DNA of 64,000 nucleotides from Squalus acanthias (taxonomy: Eukaryota), in contig CM059432.1 of NCBI GenBank assembly GCA_030390025.1, forward strand, positions 142,478,001 to 142,542,000. The letters run 5' to 3'. Positions 1-13,957 of this stretch are shown piece by piece (position 1 is the first letter of the stretch; every line of letters starts with the position of its first letter). Position numbers and translations under genes: made by a program. The notes below the pieces were generated by a model that saw nothing but the letters and a program-made list of their open reading frames with translations, did no database searches and was not told where the DNA came from.

Positions 1-2144
1 GAGCAGGTGAAGAGTGGGTGGAACTGAACCCCCAGAAAGCAACAACCACAAACAGTGCAGAGAAAAATAGTGAAAATGCAGTAATGGTTTGAACGTGCAC
101 TCGGAGGAAGGTTCTGTTTCATCTTTGTGCCAACGATATTTCTCATTCCCACTGACATTCCCCTCCTTTTCACAAATACAGAACATGTGTAAACATTTTA
201 TATGCCATAATAAATATGTAACGCGATGCTTGCTAATCATAAAACAATGGATTAGTTGACAGAGAATTTTGGCTTCATCTCTGGCCTTCTGACATTTCAA
301 ATCTCTCCTCACTGTCGGCAGGAAGCGTCTGAGGCTTTGTCGAAATTAGTGAGGAAATACTTGAGTGAGGATTTAATTCGTAATGTGTTTCAGGAAAATG
401 TAAAAAGCTTAGTCTTTGGATCGGGGAAAGTAAAGACCAAAAAAAGTTTCCTGTATTGAAAGGGAAAGCAGATGGGGCCGTATATCAATATAATATATCC
501 CAGTCACACACACAGCTGGGTAAAGAATAAAGAATTCCTGTTAATAAGAATAGCATTCTTCACACAACTGCTTCACCACAAGATGGGGCCACTAAATGAG
601 ACCTTAAATTGCAGCAACGCCCACCCCCCGCCCCCCCACCCCGCAAAAACAATTGGTCTCCTCGCAGATGGTCCCAACTCTACGCCCAGCCATACTGTTC
701 TTATGGCAAGGGCAAAGAAGGCATTTCCTGCCTTCCAGAATCCTACTGAAGATCGTGTGGAAAGAGTAATGATCCTCACTGTCCTTCTGCCTACAGGAAC
801 TGCTCCCCATCTGAACCGCTCACATGGCAAATCGGGGACCCCCCAATCTGAAATATCGACCTCAGAGCAACAGATTTCCCAACTCCTGACTCGTACCCTT
901 GAAACTAAGGCCTCGTAATCCTGCAGACTATGGAGTTCCATTCTCTATCTCCAGCCAGAACAACGCCTTGTGGAGGAGGTACTTGCCCAGTAGTTTTATT
1001 TCTCCGACATGTAGAACTCTGTCTTGACAGTGTTAACGCGCAGGAATAGATTCTTTACTGAATCAATGAATTCATTAATTGCAGGGAAACTCATTGATTG
1101 GTTTATCAGACCTGTTGGGGCATGCATTAGGCTGTGAGAGATCTGTTGTCTGTTGATCGCCTAAGTGTCAGCGATAGCATTCCCCACTCTGAGTCAGTAG
1201 GTCATGGATTCAAGCCACACTCCCAAGACTGTAGGCAATTGCGGCAGCAATGAGTTTTAGTGATGTTGGTTGAGGGACAAACGATCAGGATACCGGGACA
1301 GCTTCTCTGCTCTTCTTCAGCTCTTTTACATCCACCCGAGGTGGCAGACAGTTTAACTTCTCATGTCACCTCCGACAGTGCAACACTCCTTCAGTACTGG
1401 AGTGTCAGCTTGGATATTGTGCTTAAGTCTCTGGAGTGGGACTTGAACCCACAAGGCGAGAGTGCTACCCACTGAGCCACTTGGTTGAGACTTGGGTGAT
1501 CGGTGGACAACATCGGCGCGATGGAGCATGCGTGAAGTTGAGGTCCTATTGCTTACCACTGGCGAGATGGGGGGGCTTTTGTAGTTATTGAAAGAATGTC
1601 CTCTGGCAGACTCACACGTCAGGTGAGGACATCCGATATCAAGAGGACAAAGGGAAAAGAATTCTGCCCGAGTATTAAATAAAAGAGTTTAGTGAGCAAA
1701 TGGGCTCCCATCTGTAAATAATATACTCCAGAAACAGGCAGAATAACCGGCCAAACCAGCAAAAAAATCCCTCCAAACGAAATAAGTAAAAACACATTGC
1801 AGTCCCTGTGTTCAGTTACTCGAAAACACAATCTGGGAAAACAGGGTGACGATCAATGTGTTTGAAAATACAAGCCTCAGTTTTTGGAGCTAGCAGTCTG
1901 TCAAGATACTGGGCAGAGGTAGAAGAAGTACCGGGAGGAAAGAAGTGACTCCTGAGTTGCAGGTTACAATGGCCACTGCAACATTTGAAAGTAATGGAGG
2001 CAGTAAGGTCTGCTGCTCTTTGGAGACTAGATATTGGAAGCTTTGACAGTCCTCCATCAGAATGTCCATGTCCTAGAGGAGAGAGCAGAGAGGAGACCTC
2101 AGCAAAGGTCTAGTGTAGGTTAATGTGACCACTTGACTGCTTTT

Positions 2145-3010
2145 TTATTCATTCATGGGATGTGGGCGTTGCTGGCAAGGGCAGCATTTATTGCCCATCC
2201 CTAGTTGCCCTCGAGAAGGTGGTGGTGAACCGCCTTCTTGAACTGCTGCAGTCCGTGTGGTGAAGGTACTCCCACAGTGCTGTTGGGGAGGGAGTTCCAG
2301 GATTTTGAACCAGCGACGATGAAGGAACGGCGATATACTTCCAAGTCAGGATGGTGTGTGACTTGGAGGGGAACTTGGAGGTGGTGGTGTTCCCATGCGC
2401 CTGCTGCCCTTGTCCTTCTAGGTGGTAGAGGTCACAGGTTTGGGAGGTGCTGCTGAAGAAGCCTTGGCGAGTTGCTGCAGTGCATCTTGTAGATGGTAAA
2501 CACTGCAGCCACGGTACGCCAGTGGTGGAGGGAGTGAATGTTTAAGGTGGTGGAAGGAGTGCCAATCAAGCGGGCTGCTTTGTCCTGGATGGTGTCGAGC
2601 TTCTTGAGTGTTTTTGGAGCTGCATTCATCCAGGCAAGTGAAAGAGTATTCTATCACACTCCTGACTTGTGTCTTGTAGATGGTGGAAAGGCTTTGAGGA
2701 GTCAGGAGATGAGACACTCGCCGCAGAATACCTAGCCTCTGACCTGCTCTTGTAACCACAGTATTTATGTGGCTGGTCCAGTTAAGTTTCTGGTCAATGG
2801 TGACCCCCCCAGGAGTTGATGGTGGGGGATTCTGCGATGGTAATGCCATTGAATGTCAAGGGCGGTGGTTGACTCTCTCTTGTTGGAGATGGTCATTGCC
2901 TGGCACTTGTGTGGCGCGAATATTATTTGCCACTTATCAGCCCAAGCCTGAATGTCATCCAGGTCTTGCTGCATGTGGGCATGGACTGCTTCATTATTTG
3001 AGGCGTTGAA
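2145..3010 (-). mobile_element. CR1-group LINE 3' fragment (RT C-terminal part, frameshifted)
   Basis: QQDLDDIQAWADKWQIIFAPHKC and GVTIDQKLNWTSHIN...RLGILRR. Same family as 63005-63460. Confidence 0.8.
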
Positions 3011-3143
3011 TCTGGCTTGGAGGATTTGAGGTTGTTAAGACAAGGAAATGGATGGTGACAATGTAAAGTTCGCCGATGTGTTAAAGCAAGTAATGAGCTT
3101 ATGTCGAAGTTCCAGAAATGGATGGAGCCACAGTAAACATAAT

Positions 3144-3851
3144 GGTCTAGAAATTTGGCTGTGCGGTGCCCATATTTCGGGCGCTAAATGGCCCACTGAG
3201 CCTCCAAAGTGGCAGCAGGGTGCACGCTCATTACGAGCAGGAAGTGCGCTGCTACCATATTGGTAAACGGTACAAAATTGGCGTAGAGTGCCCACGCCTG
3301 AAACAGGCTGTTAGTTCCTTGGCAAAATGGGCATGCCTGAATTTCTAGAACAATATAGAATCATAAAACAGTAAAACACAGAAGGAGGCCATTCGGCCCA
3401 TCGAGTCTGCGCCGGCTCTTTCGAAGAGCGATCCAGTTAGTCCCACTCGCCCCGCTCTTTCCCCATATTCCCGCAATTTTTTCTCCTTCAAGTATTTATC
3501 CGATTCCCTTTTGAAGGCTGCTATTGAATCTGTATCCACCGCCCTATCAGGCAGTGCATTCCAAATCCTAACCACTGGTTGCTGCACAAGGGTTCGCAAG
3601 GGAAACTGAGTTGGCGACAGAAGTCGGTTGGGTAATAGAAGGTGAGTTAGAAGCTGGCGTGCCAATAGCAGCTGAGCATAAACTTGGCGATGGAGCTTGA
3701 CCTGAAACTCTCAGCCGGCAGGAGAATCCGAGCTGAAGCTGGGGTCACTGTAAAAGCTGACTCCAGGCGGTGGAAGTTGAGCCAGAAATTGGCTGCAAAC
3801 GAAAGCTTCCAGCCCGTTTCTGCCTGGGCGGCAAGACTGAGAATTCAGTCC
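3144..3851. mobile_element. Harbinger-like MITE remnant with an inserted CR1 3' tail (about 3355-3575)
   Basis: ggtctagaaatttgg start, GC-rich body, and an internal CR1 tail on the minus strand. Confidence 0.4.
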
Positions 3852-4774
3852 ATTGTCTCCAACGATGCAATCGTTCAGCGCTGCACTGAAGTGTCAGCCT
3901 AGGAACATTGGAGGAGGCCATTCAGCAACTTGAGCCTGCTCTCCCCCACCCCCCCACCACCCACCCCAAGCCTCCCCCGCCAGTCACGTAGCTCTTCCTG
4001 CTGGGTTTGAGCAGGGAGACTGCCTCCGATTCTGAAGACGAGGCCCAGGAGTTAAAGTCTCCCAAGCCCAGCTCTGCAGAGGGACAGAGAGTTTCCCATC
4101 AACCTCCGACCCCCCAGCCACATCGATCTTTAAAATCCCCACAGACTCAATGTTCACACCACAGATAACGCAGCAGATGCAGCAAATCTGATTATAAAGA
4201 TTAGCTTTGATATTAGTTCATGTTCTCCATGTTTCTGAAGCTCACCGATTCTTGTACATAATTTAAAGAGTCTGTCGTGACTGGGCTGGAATGATAAGGT
4301 GATAAATCTGACCCATGGGACTTGTGTTGTCAACTCCCAACCTAGGACTTGGATAAAGCATTACAGCAATGCTTAAAATAGACCTAAGCTAGAAGCATTT
4401 CGCTGCAAAAATTAATCCAAGGTTCATAGATTATAAATGAATGAGCTGGCTGAGCCCTGCTCTGGCTCCTGAACTTGCAGCATTCTTCAAAAATGTCCAT
4501 ATCCGGCATCTCATTTGAGGACATCAGGCAAAGCCATCAGTCATCATCTGAGGAATGAGCAAGAGACAAGGAACGATTCACCAGAGATACAGCTTCACAC
4601 TTGTGCCTTCAGGCTCCATTTCCCGAACACTCCAGACTTTGCACATTAATACCTTTGCATTTCCATTTCCCGTAGGCTCCAACTCTTTGTCTTCCCTTTA
4701 ATTCCACGCGGCAGACCACAGATTAGCTTTCCCCAGTAACAATCATGGTGGTCTGAGAGTCTTGCGCACCACAC

Positions 4775-5170
4775 CAACGACAAATTGCATTTACATAGCG
4801 CCTTTAATGTAGTAAAGTCCCAGGGCGCTTCACAGGAGCGATTATCAGACAAAATTTAACACCGAGCCACATAAGGAGATATCAGGACAGGCGACCGAAA
4901 TGCTTGGTCAAAGAGGTAGGTTTTAAGGAGCGTCTTAAAGGAGGAGAGAGAGGCGGAGAGGTTTAGGGAGGGATTCCAGAGCTTACACCAATGGTGGAGC
5001 GATTAAAATCGGGGATGCTCAAGAGGCCAGAATTGGAGGAGCGCGCAGAGATCTCGGAGGGTTGTAGGGCTGGAGGAGGTTGTAGAGATAGGGAGGGACG
5101 AGGGCCATGGAGGGATTGGAGACAAGGATGAGAATATTAAAATCGAGGCTTTGCCGGACCGGGAGCCACT
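4775..5170 (-). mobile_element. L2-like LINE 3' fragment
   Basis: Reverse complement of the family at 15838-16238. Other copies lie near 10655-10975, 19540-21170 (interrupted) and 59300-59640. Confidence 0.7.
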
Positions 5171-5230
5171 TCAACGTCAGATTTGTTTTACGTGCTTCCT
5201 AATGTTATTTTTCTATTAACCAGATCATCT

Positions 5231-6980
5231 GGGCTAAAAGTTCAGGAGCTTTACGCCACCCATTACCGGCAAATCCTAGTGAAAAGAGGCCGGCCGCTGT
5301 TCTTTCTCCAGCGGGTGGCGGGTCCCGCAGCGACCGCCATTTTCCGTGGCCCGGCAGCGCTGCCGGTGAGATCGATGGCCCTGCAGATTTAAATGAGGGA
5401 TCAGTGACGTTAGTCAGCGTGCAACGCCAACTTAACGTCACCTCGGCGAACTTGGGCCATGGCGCTGAGTTCAGTGCCGGGTCCTCAGCTCGCCATGAAA
5501 ACCCAGCTTTCAGCAGATTGACAGAGGCACAGTCAGCACCTCTTCAAGCGACACACACGTCTTTCAGGTAAGTTTGCATTTAAGCTTAGGTTTGCATAAG
5601 TTCTGTTGGCCGCAATGCTGAAATAAAAGTCACCACAAAGCAAACTTTCCAATCCAACTTTATTAACCTATGACATCAGGAAATCAACTCCTCACCCTTA
5701 TGCATTCCCTTAGTGACTGTCTTGTGTGTGCCTTTGCCTATCCTACTGATGTCACGCAGTGCTACCCCAGTGGCTGCAGCATGGCTGGTGGAAGGCTGCT
5801 GACTTTCAGTGGGGGACACTGCAAATGGCCTTGCTGGTCGACCTTGAGAAGCTGGTGGCTGGGAATGTCCAATCAAGTGACGGTGTTTTTTCTTTACTCT
5901 CCTCGCCTCTTGGTCACCCACTGGCTGGGCAGGCTGCATTTCTTGGGTGTGTGAAATGAGGAAGGCACAAGGGGTGGAGTTGTGGTGAGCCCGAGGGCAG
6001 GAAAGTAAGAGGTATACGCGAGAAGGAGGATAACGTATGAGAATACCAGCATCTTGTATCCTTTCTGATCCACCGCTGGCCATGGGCTCAGCCATGCCTC
6101 TGCCAAGAATGGCCTGCACCGTCTCCTCCAAGGGAGTGAGGTGAGGCTAGGAATGGGAGATGTGTCTCGTCATTGGTGCAGATTGTTGGTAGATGAGTGA
6201 TTGGCGGGGTGGGGGGAGGGGAAGTTGTGCATTGAGCAGTGTGTGAGGCTAGTGGTGCAGTTGGTAGGAGAGGTTCTTTTGAAGATGCATTCACTGACCT
6301 TGACCACTGGTCTGAGGTCATGAAGCTTCTTTGAGCGCTGGAGCCAGGTGGTGGGGGCGACACTGCTGGCAGTGACAGCCTCGGTGATCTGGTCCCACAT
6401 CATTCTTTCTGGAGGGCCTCCTGGCCCCTGTGGGTAGAGGATCTCTCTTGCAGTGTTGACCCCCTGCACAAAGCTGGAGTGCTGCGTGCGAGACCCTGGG
6501 TGCCCCTTCCCTGGCTTGCTGGGCCACTTGTGTTAGTGCTGAGGCACTTTTCCCATTTTTTTAGGTGAGGAAGGGAATTCAGCTTTCAGAGCTGAAGACT
6601 CCCATTTGGGTCTTCTTTTTAATGTTAATCTTTTTTAAAAAGGCAGTAAGGGCTGAAAACTGCATTTTTTAACTTCATTTTATTTTTATTAGTTCAGAAG
6701 GCATTTCCCTTTTAATGCCCCATAATGCCTAGGGAACTCATTGGCTTGCTGCCAGAGGCTGTTGGAAGATGGAACGCCGCTTCTGAATGTCAACTTTGCC
6801 TCCGATGCCTTCCCTATCGCCACCAGGAGGGCATTACACGGTGAGTTAGCGCTGGGCTAAAAATCTTTAATTCCCCAGCACAAATTTTTCTCTTCTACCA
6901 TTTTGACCATTTTCAGCGGCCGTTAACCCGAGGCTGTGGTGACACCGGCAACTCTTGTCGTGGCCACGAATTTCTAGGCC
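5231..6980 (-). mobile_element. Non-autonomous Harbinger-like transposon with a degraded Myb/SANT-like gene
   Basis: Ends gggctaaaagttc / gaatttctaggcc. The minus-strand peptide WDQITEAVTASSVAPTTWLQRSKKLHDLR resembles a Myb/SANT (MADF-like) domain. Strongly similar to 17128-19325. Confidence 0.65.
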
Positions 6981-7399
6981 TTTGTTTTTTAGTGATAAAT
7001 ATTGGCCTCAAGACAGCAGGGAGAGCTCCCCTGCTCTTCTTTGAACTAGTGCCAGTGGGATCTTTTACATCCACCTGAGAGGGCAGATGGGGCCTCGGCA
7101 CTCCCTCAGTACTGCACTGGGAGTGTCAACCTGGATTTTGTGCTCAAGTCTCTCATGGAGTGGGGCTTCGAACCCTCAACCTTCTGACGCCAGAGGAGAG
7201 AGTGCTGCTCACTGAGCCATGGCTGACACTGGAGAAGCCACTTACTTCTCCAAGGAGACAGGGTTACCCGGGTTATCCGGGCACACTCATGCACTCACTT
7301 GTCATTAATAAAGCAGGACTGACTGAAATTTAGGAGAAGATTTCCAATAATGCGCATCACAAGCAGACCATTAGATATGCTTGAACGAACCCTAGCAAA

Positions 7400-7780
7400 G
7401 AGAAGGCTGAGGGGTGACCTGATCGAGATCTTTAAGATTATGATAGGGTAGACGTAGAGAAGATGTTTCCACTTGTGGGGGAGACCAAAACTAGGGGTCA
7501 TAAATATAAGACAGTCACTAATAAATCCAATAAGGGAATTCAGGAGAAACTTCTTTACCCAGAGAGTGGTGCGAATGTGGAACTTGTTACCACAGGGAGT
7601 GGTTGAGGCGAATAGCAGTGACGCATTTAAGGGGAAGCCGGATAAGCACATGAGGGAGAAAGGAATAGAAGGTCATGCTGATAGGGTGAGATGAAGTAGG
7701 GTGGGAGGCGGCTCATGTGGAGCATAGACACCGGCACGGACCTGTTGGCCTGTTTCTGTGCTGTACATTCTCTGTAATTT
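7400..7780 (+). mobile_element. CR1 LINE 3' fragment
   Basis: FRRNFFTQRVVRMWNLLP and a CR1 UTR. Confidence 0.75.
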
Positions 7781-9114
7781 GATGAAACTAATGAATTCCT
7801 AATTTCTCAGTAAGAGGGATCCGCAAACCTCAACTTCATCACTGAGATGGGTGTCCTTTTTAACTGTATACCAAAGAAAATTGGTGTGACACTTTTATAT
7901 ACAATCTGGTCGATGATGAAGAAGCTTGTGGTGACTGTTTTGAATTAGAGCTTCCACAGGTCAGTTAAAGGGATTCCGATCTCTGACAAGTCAATGTTTA
8001 ACAAGTAAGCTGAGCTGTTCTCGTTGAGTAGGCAATGCACGGGGTTAAAGGTCAATGTGCTAGACAGTGAATGTCTCTTTTACCCCAAGCCTTGTGTATG
8101 ATGTCTGACACTGTAACAAAATGTAGAAGCAGCATTATTTGGTTAACCTGCTTCTGCACCCTTAATGAACAGTCCACGGAAAGAACATTAAACGTTGAGT
8201 TAATGTCGCAGGAAAATGGTGTGGACTGTGGAAGGGGGGCCGGAATGTGTGGCTGCACAGTTCCAGAAATTAAACTCGGCGAAGTTACAAGGCAAGTGGG
8301 TCCTAGCCTGGACTTGAACCTTGCGCCCTTCCCATCACAAGACGGCAAGTGATTGGCACCAAACCTGCTCCTTTATTGCGGCTGCTTTTTTTTTTATCAT
8401 TAAAGTTCCAGAAAGTTAGGAGGAACTTTCTCACCATTTTAGTCGATGAACGAAAATGCTAAAACATGTTTATGGTCGCAAGCACTGAACATGAGTTCAG
8501 AGCCCACCATCGCAGTTCAATAAAATAAACTGCACATAAAAATAAAAGTGACCATGAAGCTGTCGGATTGTCGTAAAAACCCAACTGGTTCACTGATGTC
8601 CTTTCGGGAAGGAAACCTGCCGTCCTTACCCGGCCTGGGCCTATATGTGACTCCAGTCCCACACCAACCTGGTTGACTCGTAACTGCCCTCTGAAGTATC
8701 CGAGCAAACCCATTCCGTTGTATCAAACCCCTACCATCGGTTCAAGATGAAGGCCCACCACCACCTTCTCAGGGCAACTAGAGATGGACAATAAAGGCCG
8801 GCCTTGTCAGCGATGCCAGGATTGAGCCTCCTCAAACCTTTCTGCTTTGGTCTTGCCTTCAGTCACCTCTCCGAAATTTTTCTCCTACTTCTGTCCATTT
8901 CAGCCTCTGTGAAGGGGTTAAAGATGCTACACAAATGCTAGCTGTTGTCTCTCCTTTTAATGCTGCTAGGTAGAACTACCTCATCCATAATGACCCAGTA
9001 CCATTGTATCAAAGCACCTGGTACTTGCAGAACCACCCCTAGCAGGAGTAGGGACCGCCCGGGCAGGGGAGGGAGGAAGAAGAGAGCTGGAAGGACAAAA
9101 GAAATATAGGTGTT

Positions 9115-9557
9115 CGCCATGGCTCAGTGGGTAGCGCTCTCGTGTCTGAGCCAGACGGTCATGGGTTCCAGGGACTTGAGCACCTAATCGAGGCTGACAC
9201 TCCCAGTGCAGTACTGAGAGAGTGCTGCACTGTCGGAGGTGCCGTCTTTCAGAGGAGACGTTAAACCTGCCCTCTCAGGTGGACATAAAAGATGCCGTGG
9301 ACACTATTTCGAAGAAGAGCAGGGGAGTTCTCCCCGGTGTCCTGAGGCCAATATTTATCCCTCAAGCAACATCGCTAAAAAACAGATGATCTGATCATTA
9401 TCACATTGCTGTTTGTGGGAGCTTGCTGTGCGCAAATTGGCCACTGCGTTTCCTACATTACAACAGTGACTGCACTTCAAAAATAATGAATTGGCTGTAA
9501 AGCGCTTTGGGACATCCTGAGATCTGAAAGGTTCTAAATAAATACAAGTCTTCTTTT
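9115..9557 (+). mobile_element. DeuSINE-like SINE copy
   Basis: Collinear with 55226-55688. Confidence 0.75.
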
Positions 9558-11170
9558 TGCAAGTCTATTAAAGGACTTACATTTCTATAGCGCCTTTCAT
9601 AACCTTAGGGCATCCCAAAGCACTTCACAGCCAATGAGGTACTTTTGAAGTGTAGTCACTGTTGTAATGTAGGGAAACCAAATAATAAAAACAAATAAAA
9701 GTCTCTCGATTATCCTGTAGTTACGATCACTCTAGTGTCCCTTAACTTCATTCAGTGTTTTTGGCATTGAAATTGTAGCCATAGACTATGCGTTGACCTG
9801 GACTAACATTCTTCCACAGCATGTTGCTGGTTTGGGCCGTGTTAAATTAAACAATGCAGTTAATTATTGGTGAATAATTATAATAAGAGTGAAGCCAGTA
9901 AAACGAAGTATGTTTGAAACATGATACATTGTGGTGGGTATTTGTTGCCCAGCTTGTTCTCTGTTACAACTCAAACTACTTGCAGGTCAATGTAAACATT
10001 TGGGCAGGTCACGTTATCAGATCCTGGGAGGCCTTGTGAGCATCTGACTGGGCAAAATAAATTACAACACTGAACTCCTTTGATAGTTGGTATTTCCTTA
10101 ATCAGCCAGGGATTTTGTATCTTTAACTGCTGTAAAAATAGTACAGTTATTCTTTCAGAAAGAACTTGTCAAATGCAACACCCCATGCTGCACAGCGTTT
10201 ACAATGGGACTCTTCAGCCCTTGAGACCCTGCGCACTGTTGCAGTATCGACAAAAGTAGGTTCCAAATGTCAAAATATGCCAGCAGATGAGGGAAGACTG
10301 ACGTGACCATGTTATTGTAAAACAGAATAGGACTGATTGCTTATTCGGTCACACCCAATGAGAAGCAGCTCCCTCATGAAGCACTGATTGGGAGATTACT
10401 ATGCTGTACTGCCTGATTTTGTGTCCCTTAGTAACTATTAAAGGACTATGGGGAAAGTGCGGGGCAGTGGGACTAATTGGATGGCTCTTTCACAGTTACA
10501 ATGGGCCGAATGGCCTCCTTCTATGCTGCATGATTCTATGACTTAAAAGAAATACATAGACGATTTTAAGAGCAAGGGGAAGCTGAACTAATGCACACAA
10601 TTATTGACCCAATAAAGCTTGCTTAGCCAAGAATGCGTTGAGGTTCACACTCAGTAACAGCAACAATTTGCATTTATATTTTGAATATAAGAGAAACGTC
10701 CCAATGCGCGACACAGAAGCAGGCGACAAGACGGGACGCCAAGACAAACAAGATATTAGATGGGGGTAACCAAAGGTTTGATCAAAGTGGTAGGTTTAAA
10801 GGTGACCATTAAAGGAGGAGAGGTAGAGACCTGGAGAAGTTTAGGGAGGGAATTCCAGAGCTTAGGGCCTAGACAGCTGAAGGCATGGCCGTCAATGGCG
10901 GGGCGACGGCAGGAGAGGATGGACAAGAGGCCAGAATTGGAGGAGCGGAGAGTTCGGGGATTGGGGGCTGGAAGTTCTCTGGCTATGATAGAACTGGTAA
11001 GAGTGTAACTAAACGAGGGCATTGGCACTGAGCTGGACTACAGAGGAGGCGTTGGAGGAGGATAGCTGAGAATGTAGCACTGAAGGAATCTTTCAGGATA
11101 TGCCATTCCTGAACCAGGCTTTAATATCCCGTGTGTTGTCCATGGGAGGGTTCTGTCATCTGGTGAGTGT

Positions 11171-11493
11171 CATAGAAACATAGAAAAATAGGAGCAGGAG
11201 TCGGCCATTCGGCCCTTCGAGCCTGCTCCGCCATTCAATATGATCATGGCTGATCCTCTATCTCAATACCATATTCCCGCTCTCTCCCCATACCCCTTGA
11301 TGCCTTTTGTGTCTAGAAATCTATCTATCTCCTTCTTAAATATATTCAGTGACTTGGCCTCCACAGCCTTCTGTGGTAGAGAATTCCACAGGTTCACCAC
11401 CCTCTGAGTGAAGACATTTCTCCTCATCTCAGTCCTAAATGTCCTACCCCGTATCCTGAGACTGTGACCCCTCGTTCTAGACCCCCCCAGCCA
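11171..11493 (-). mobile_element. CR1 LINE 3' fragment
   Basis: SRTRGHSLRIRG...WNSLPQKAVEA and a catagaaacatagaaa tail. Confidence 0.85.
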
Positions 11494-13118
11494 GGTGTGT
11501 GTAAGAGTGTGTGCATGTGCGAGAGAGTGTGTGTGTGCGAGAGAGTGTGAGTGTGTGTGAGAGTGTGTGTGAGAGTGTGTGTGTGCGAGAGTGTGTGTGT
11601 GCGAGAGAGTGTGTGTGTGCGAGAGTGTGTGTGTGCGAGAGAGTGTGAGTGTGTGTGAGAGTGTGTGTGAGAGTGTGTGTGAGAGTGTGTGTGTGCGAGA
11701 GAGTGTGTGTGTGCGAGAGTGTGAGTGTGTGTGAGAGTGTGTGTGTGAGTGTGTGTGTGCGAGAGTGTGTGTGTGCGAGAGTGTGCATGTACGTGTGCGA
11801 GAGAGTGTATGTGCGTGTATGAGTGTGTGTGTGAGAGACAGTGTGTGTATGTGTATGCGAGAGTGTGTGTGCGAGAGTGTGTGCATGTGCAAGAGTGTGT
11901 GTATTTGCGAGAGAGTGTGTGCATGTGCAAGAGTGTGTGTTTGCGAGAGAGTGTGTGCACGAGAGAGTGCACGCATGTGTGAGAGTGTGTGCGAGAGAGT
12001 TTATGTATGTGTGAGAGACAGAGAGTGTGTGCGTGTGTCTGTATGAGAGTGTGTGTGCATGTGTGAGAGTGTGTGCATGTGTGTGTGTGTGAGAGAGAGT
12101 GTGTGTGCATGTGTGAGAGTGTGTGCGTGTGTCTGTGTGCAAGAGAGTGTGTGTGCATGTGTGAGAGTGTGTGCGTGTGTCTGTGCGAGAGAGTGTGTGT
12201 GCATGTGTGAGAGTGTGCGTGTGTCTGTATGCAAGAGAGTGTGTGTGCATGTGTGTGTGCGAGAGAGAGTGTGTGTGCATGTGTGAGTGTGCGCGTGTGT
12301 CTGTGTGCGAGAGAGTGTGTGCATGTATGAGAGTGTGCGTGTGTCTGTGTGCGAGAGAGTGTGTGTGCATGTGTGAGAGTGTGCGTGTGTCTGTGTGCGA
12401 GAGAGTGTGTGCGTCTGTGTGCGAGAGAGTGTGTGCATGTGTGAGAGTGTGTGCGTGTGTCTGTGTGCGAGAGTGTGTGTGCATGTGTGAGAGTGTGCGT
12501 GTGTCTGTGTGCGAGAGAGTGTGTGTGCATGTGTGAGAGTGTGCGTGTGTCTGTGTGCGAGAGAGTGTGTGCATGTGTGAGAGTGTGTGCGTGTGTCTGT
12601 GTGCGAGAGAGCGTGTGCATGTGTGTGAGTGTACATGTGTCTGTGTGCAAGAGAGTGTGTGTGTGCATGTGTGAGAGTGTGTGCGTGTGTCTGTGTGCAA
12701 GAGTGTGTGTGCATGTGTGAGAGTGTGTGCGTGTGTCTGTGTGCGAGAGTCTGTGTGCATGTTTGAGAGTGTGTGCATGTGTGTGTGTGCGAGAGTGTGT
12801 GTGCATGTGTGTGAGTGTGCGTGTGTCTGTGTGCAAGAGTGTGTGTGCATGTGTGAGAGTGTGTGCGTGTGTGTGTGTGTGTGAGAGTGTGTGTGCATGT
12901 GTGAGTGTGCGTGTGTCTGTGTGCAAGAGTGTGTGTGTGCATGTGTGAGAGTGTGCGTGTGTCTGTGTGCAAGAGTGTGTGTGCATGTGTGAGAGTGTGT
13001 GCGTGTGTGTGAGTGTGTGTGCATGTGTGAGAGTGTGTGCGTGTGTCTGTGTGCATGTGTGAGAGTGTGTTTATGAGAGAGTGTGTGTGCGTGTGCGAGA
13101 GAGAGTGTGCGTGTGTGT
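11494..13118. repeat. Compound (GT)n/(GA)n microsatellite with higher-order units
   Basis: About 1.6 kb of gtgt/gaga/gcatgt. It produces spurious His/Thr and Cys/Val ORFs. Confidence 0.95.
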
Positions 13119-13957
13119 TGATATTGGAACAATTCTCACGTTTCAGTAATGATAGAAAACAGTGCAACCAGTGGCACCTGTGCTGCTCACTGGATAAGGT
13201 CCATCACATCTGACGCAAACTTTAAGACCAGGAGCTGGCACCAACTGGAAGCCAAAAGTTCAGAAGCTCGAATAAATGGAATAAAGAGAAGTCTTCAACA
13301 ATGAACAATGGGGGAATTTGCGTCAATGAGTGTAAAGAACTGAGGAGCACAGCTCAGAACAACACTGAAGGCAGAGACCCTTGACCCCTCAATGGACCCC
13401 CCAGGATTCCCTACGACCGTTGCACGGGGAACAAGGTCACCCCCAATCACCTCCGTGCACTTGGGGAAATGAGCCCCCAAATAGACAGGACAGGTCACCT
13501 GATCAAAGTCGCTGAACACGAGCCAAGCTCTTAAAGGAGCACTGCCCTGAGAAAACCCATCCTCTCGGAAGACTATTTGAATTTGGAGCTAAAGTGAATG
13601 AAAAAGAAACTAAAATAGAGGGCTTCTCTGTTTGAATCGCAGTCAAACTCTGGATATTTAAACACAGAGTGATGAAGATAGCAGAATAGGTGTCTATCTG
13701 GAAAAGAAATGGTGTCGTCTTTGAACTGGATGAAAAGTACATTTCATTGACTATAATTATTGTGTAACAGACATTGCTGTACTAAGATCAACAACAGAAT
13801 AACCTCCTGATATCTCTCCTTTGTTAAGTTAGTGGTCCTTCTCTCCGCCCAGTACAGAGGTAAACCAGCCAATGTACAGCAGGCCTGTGCATGTCGTGAT
13901 CTGACTGAAAGCAGCGGAGCACACAGCTTCCTAGACAATGAGGGCAACCTCCAGACT

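Noticed and set aside
472..941. Overlapping 148-aa and 122-aa ORFs
   Set aside because: No recognisable domain or convincing splice context. Probably chance or a very old element.
11263..13167. Long His/Thr-rich and Cys/Val-rich ORFs (up to 551 aa)
   Set aside because: Translations of a GT/GA microsatellite. They are open in many frames only because the repeat lacks stop codons.
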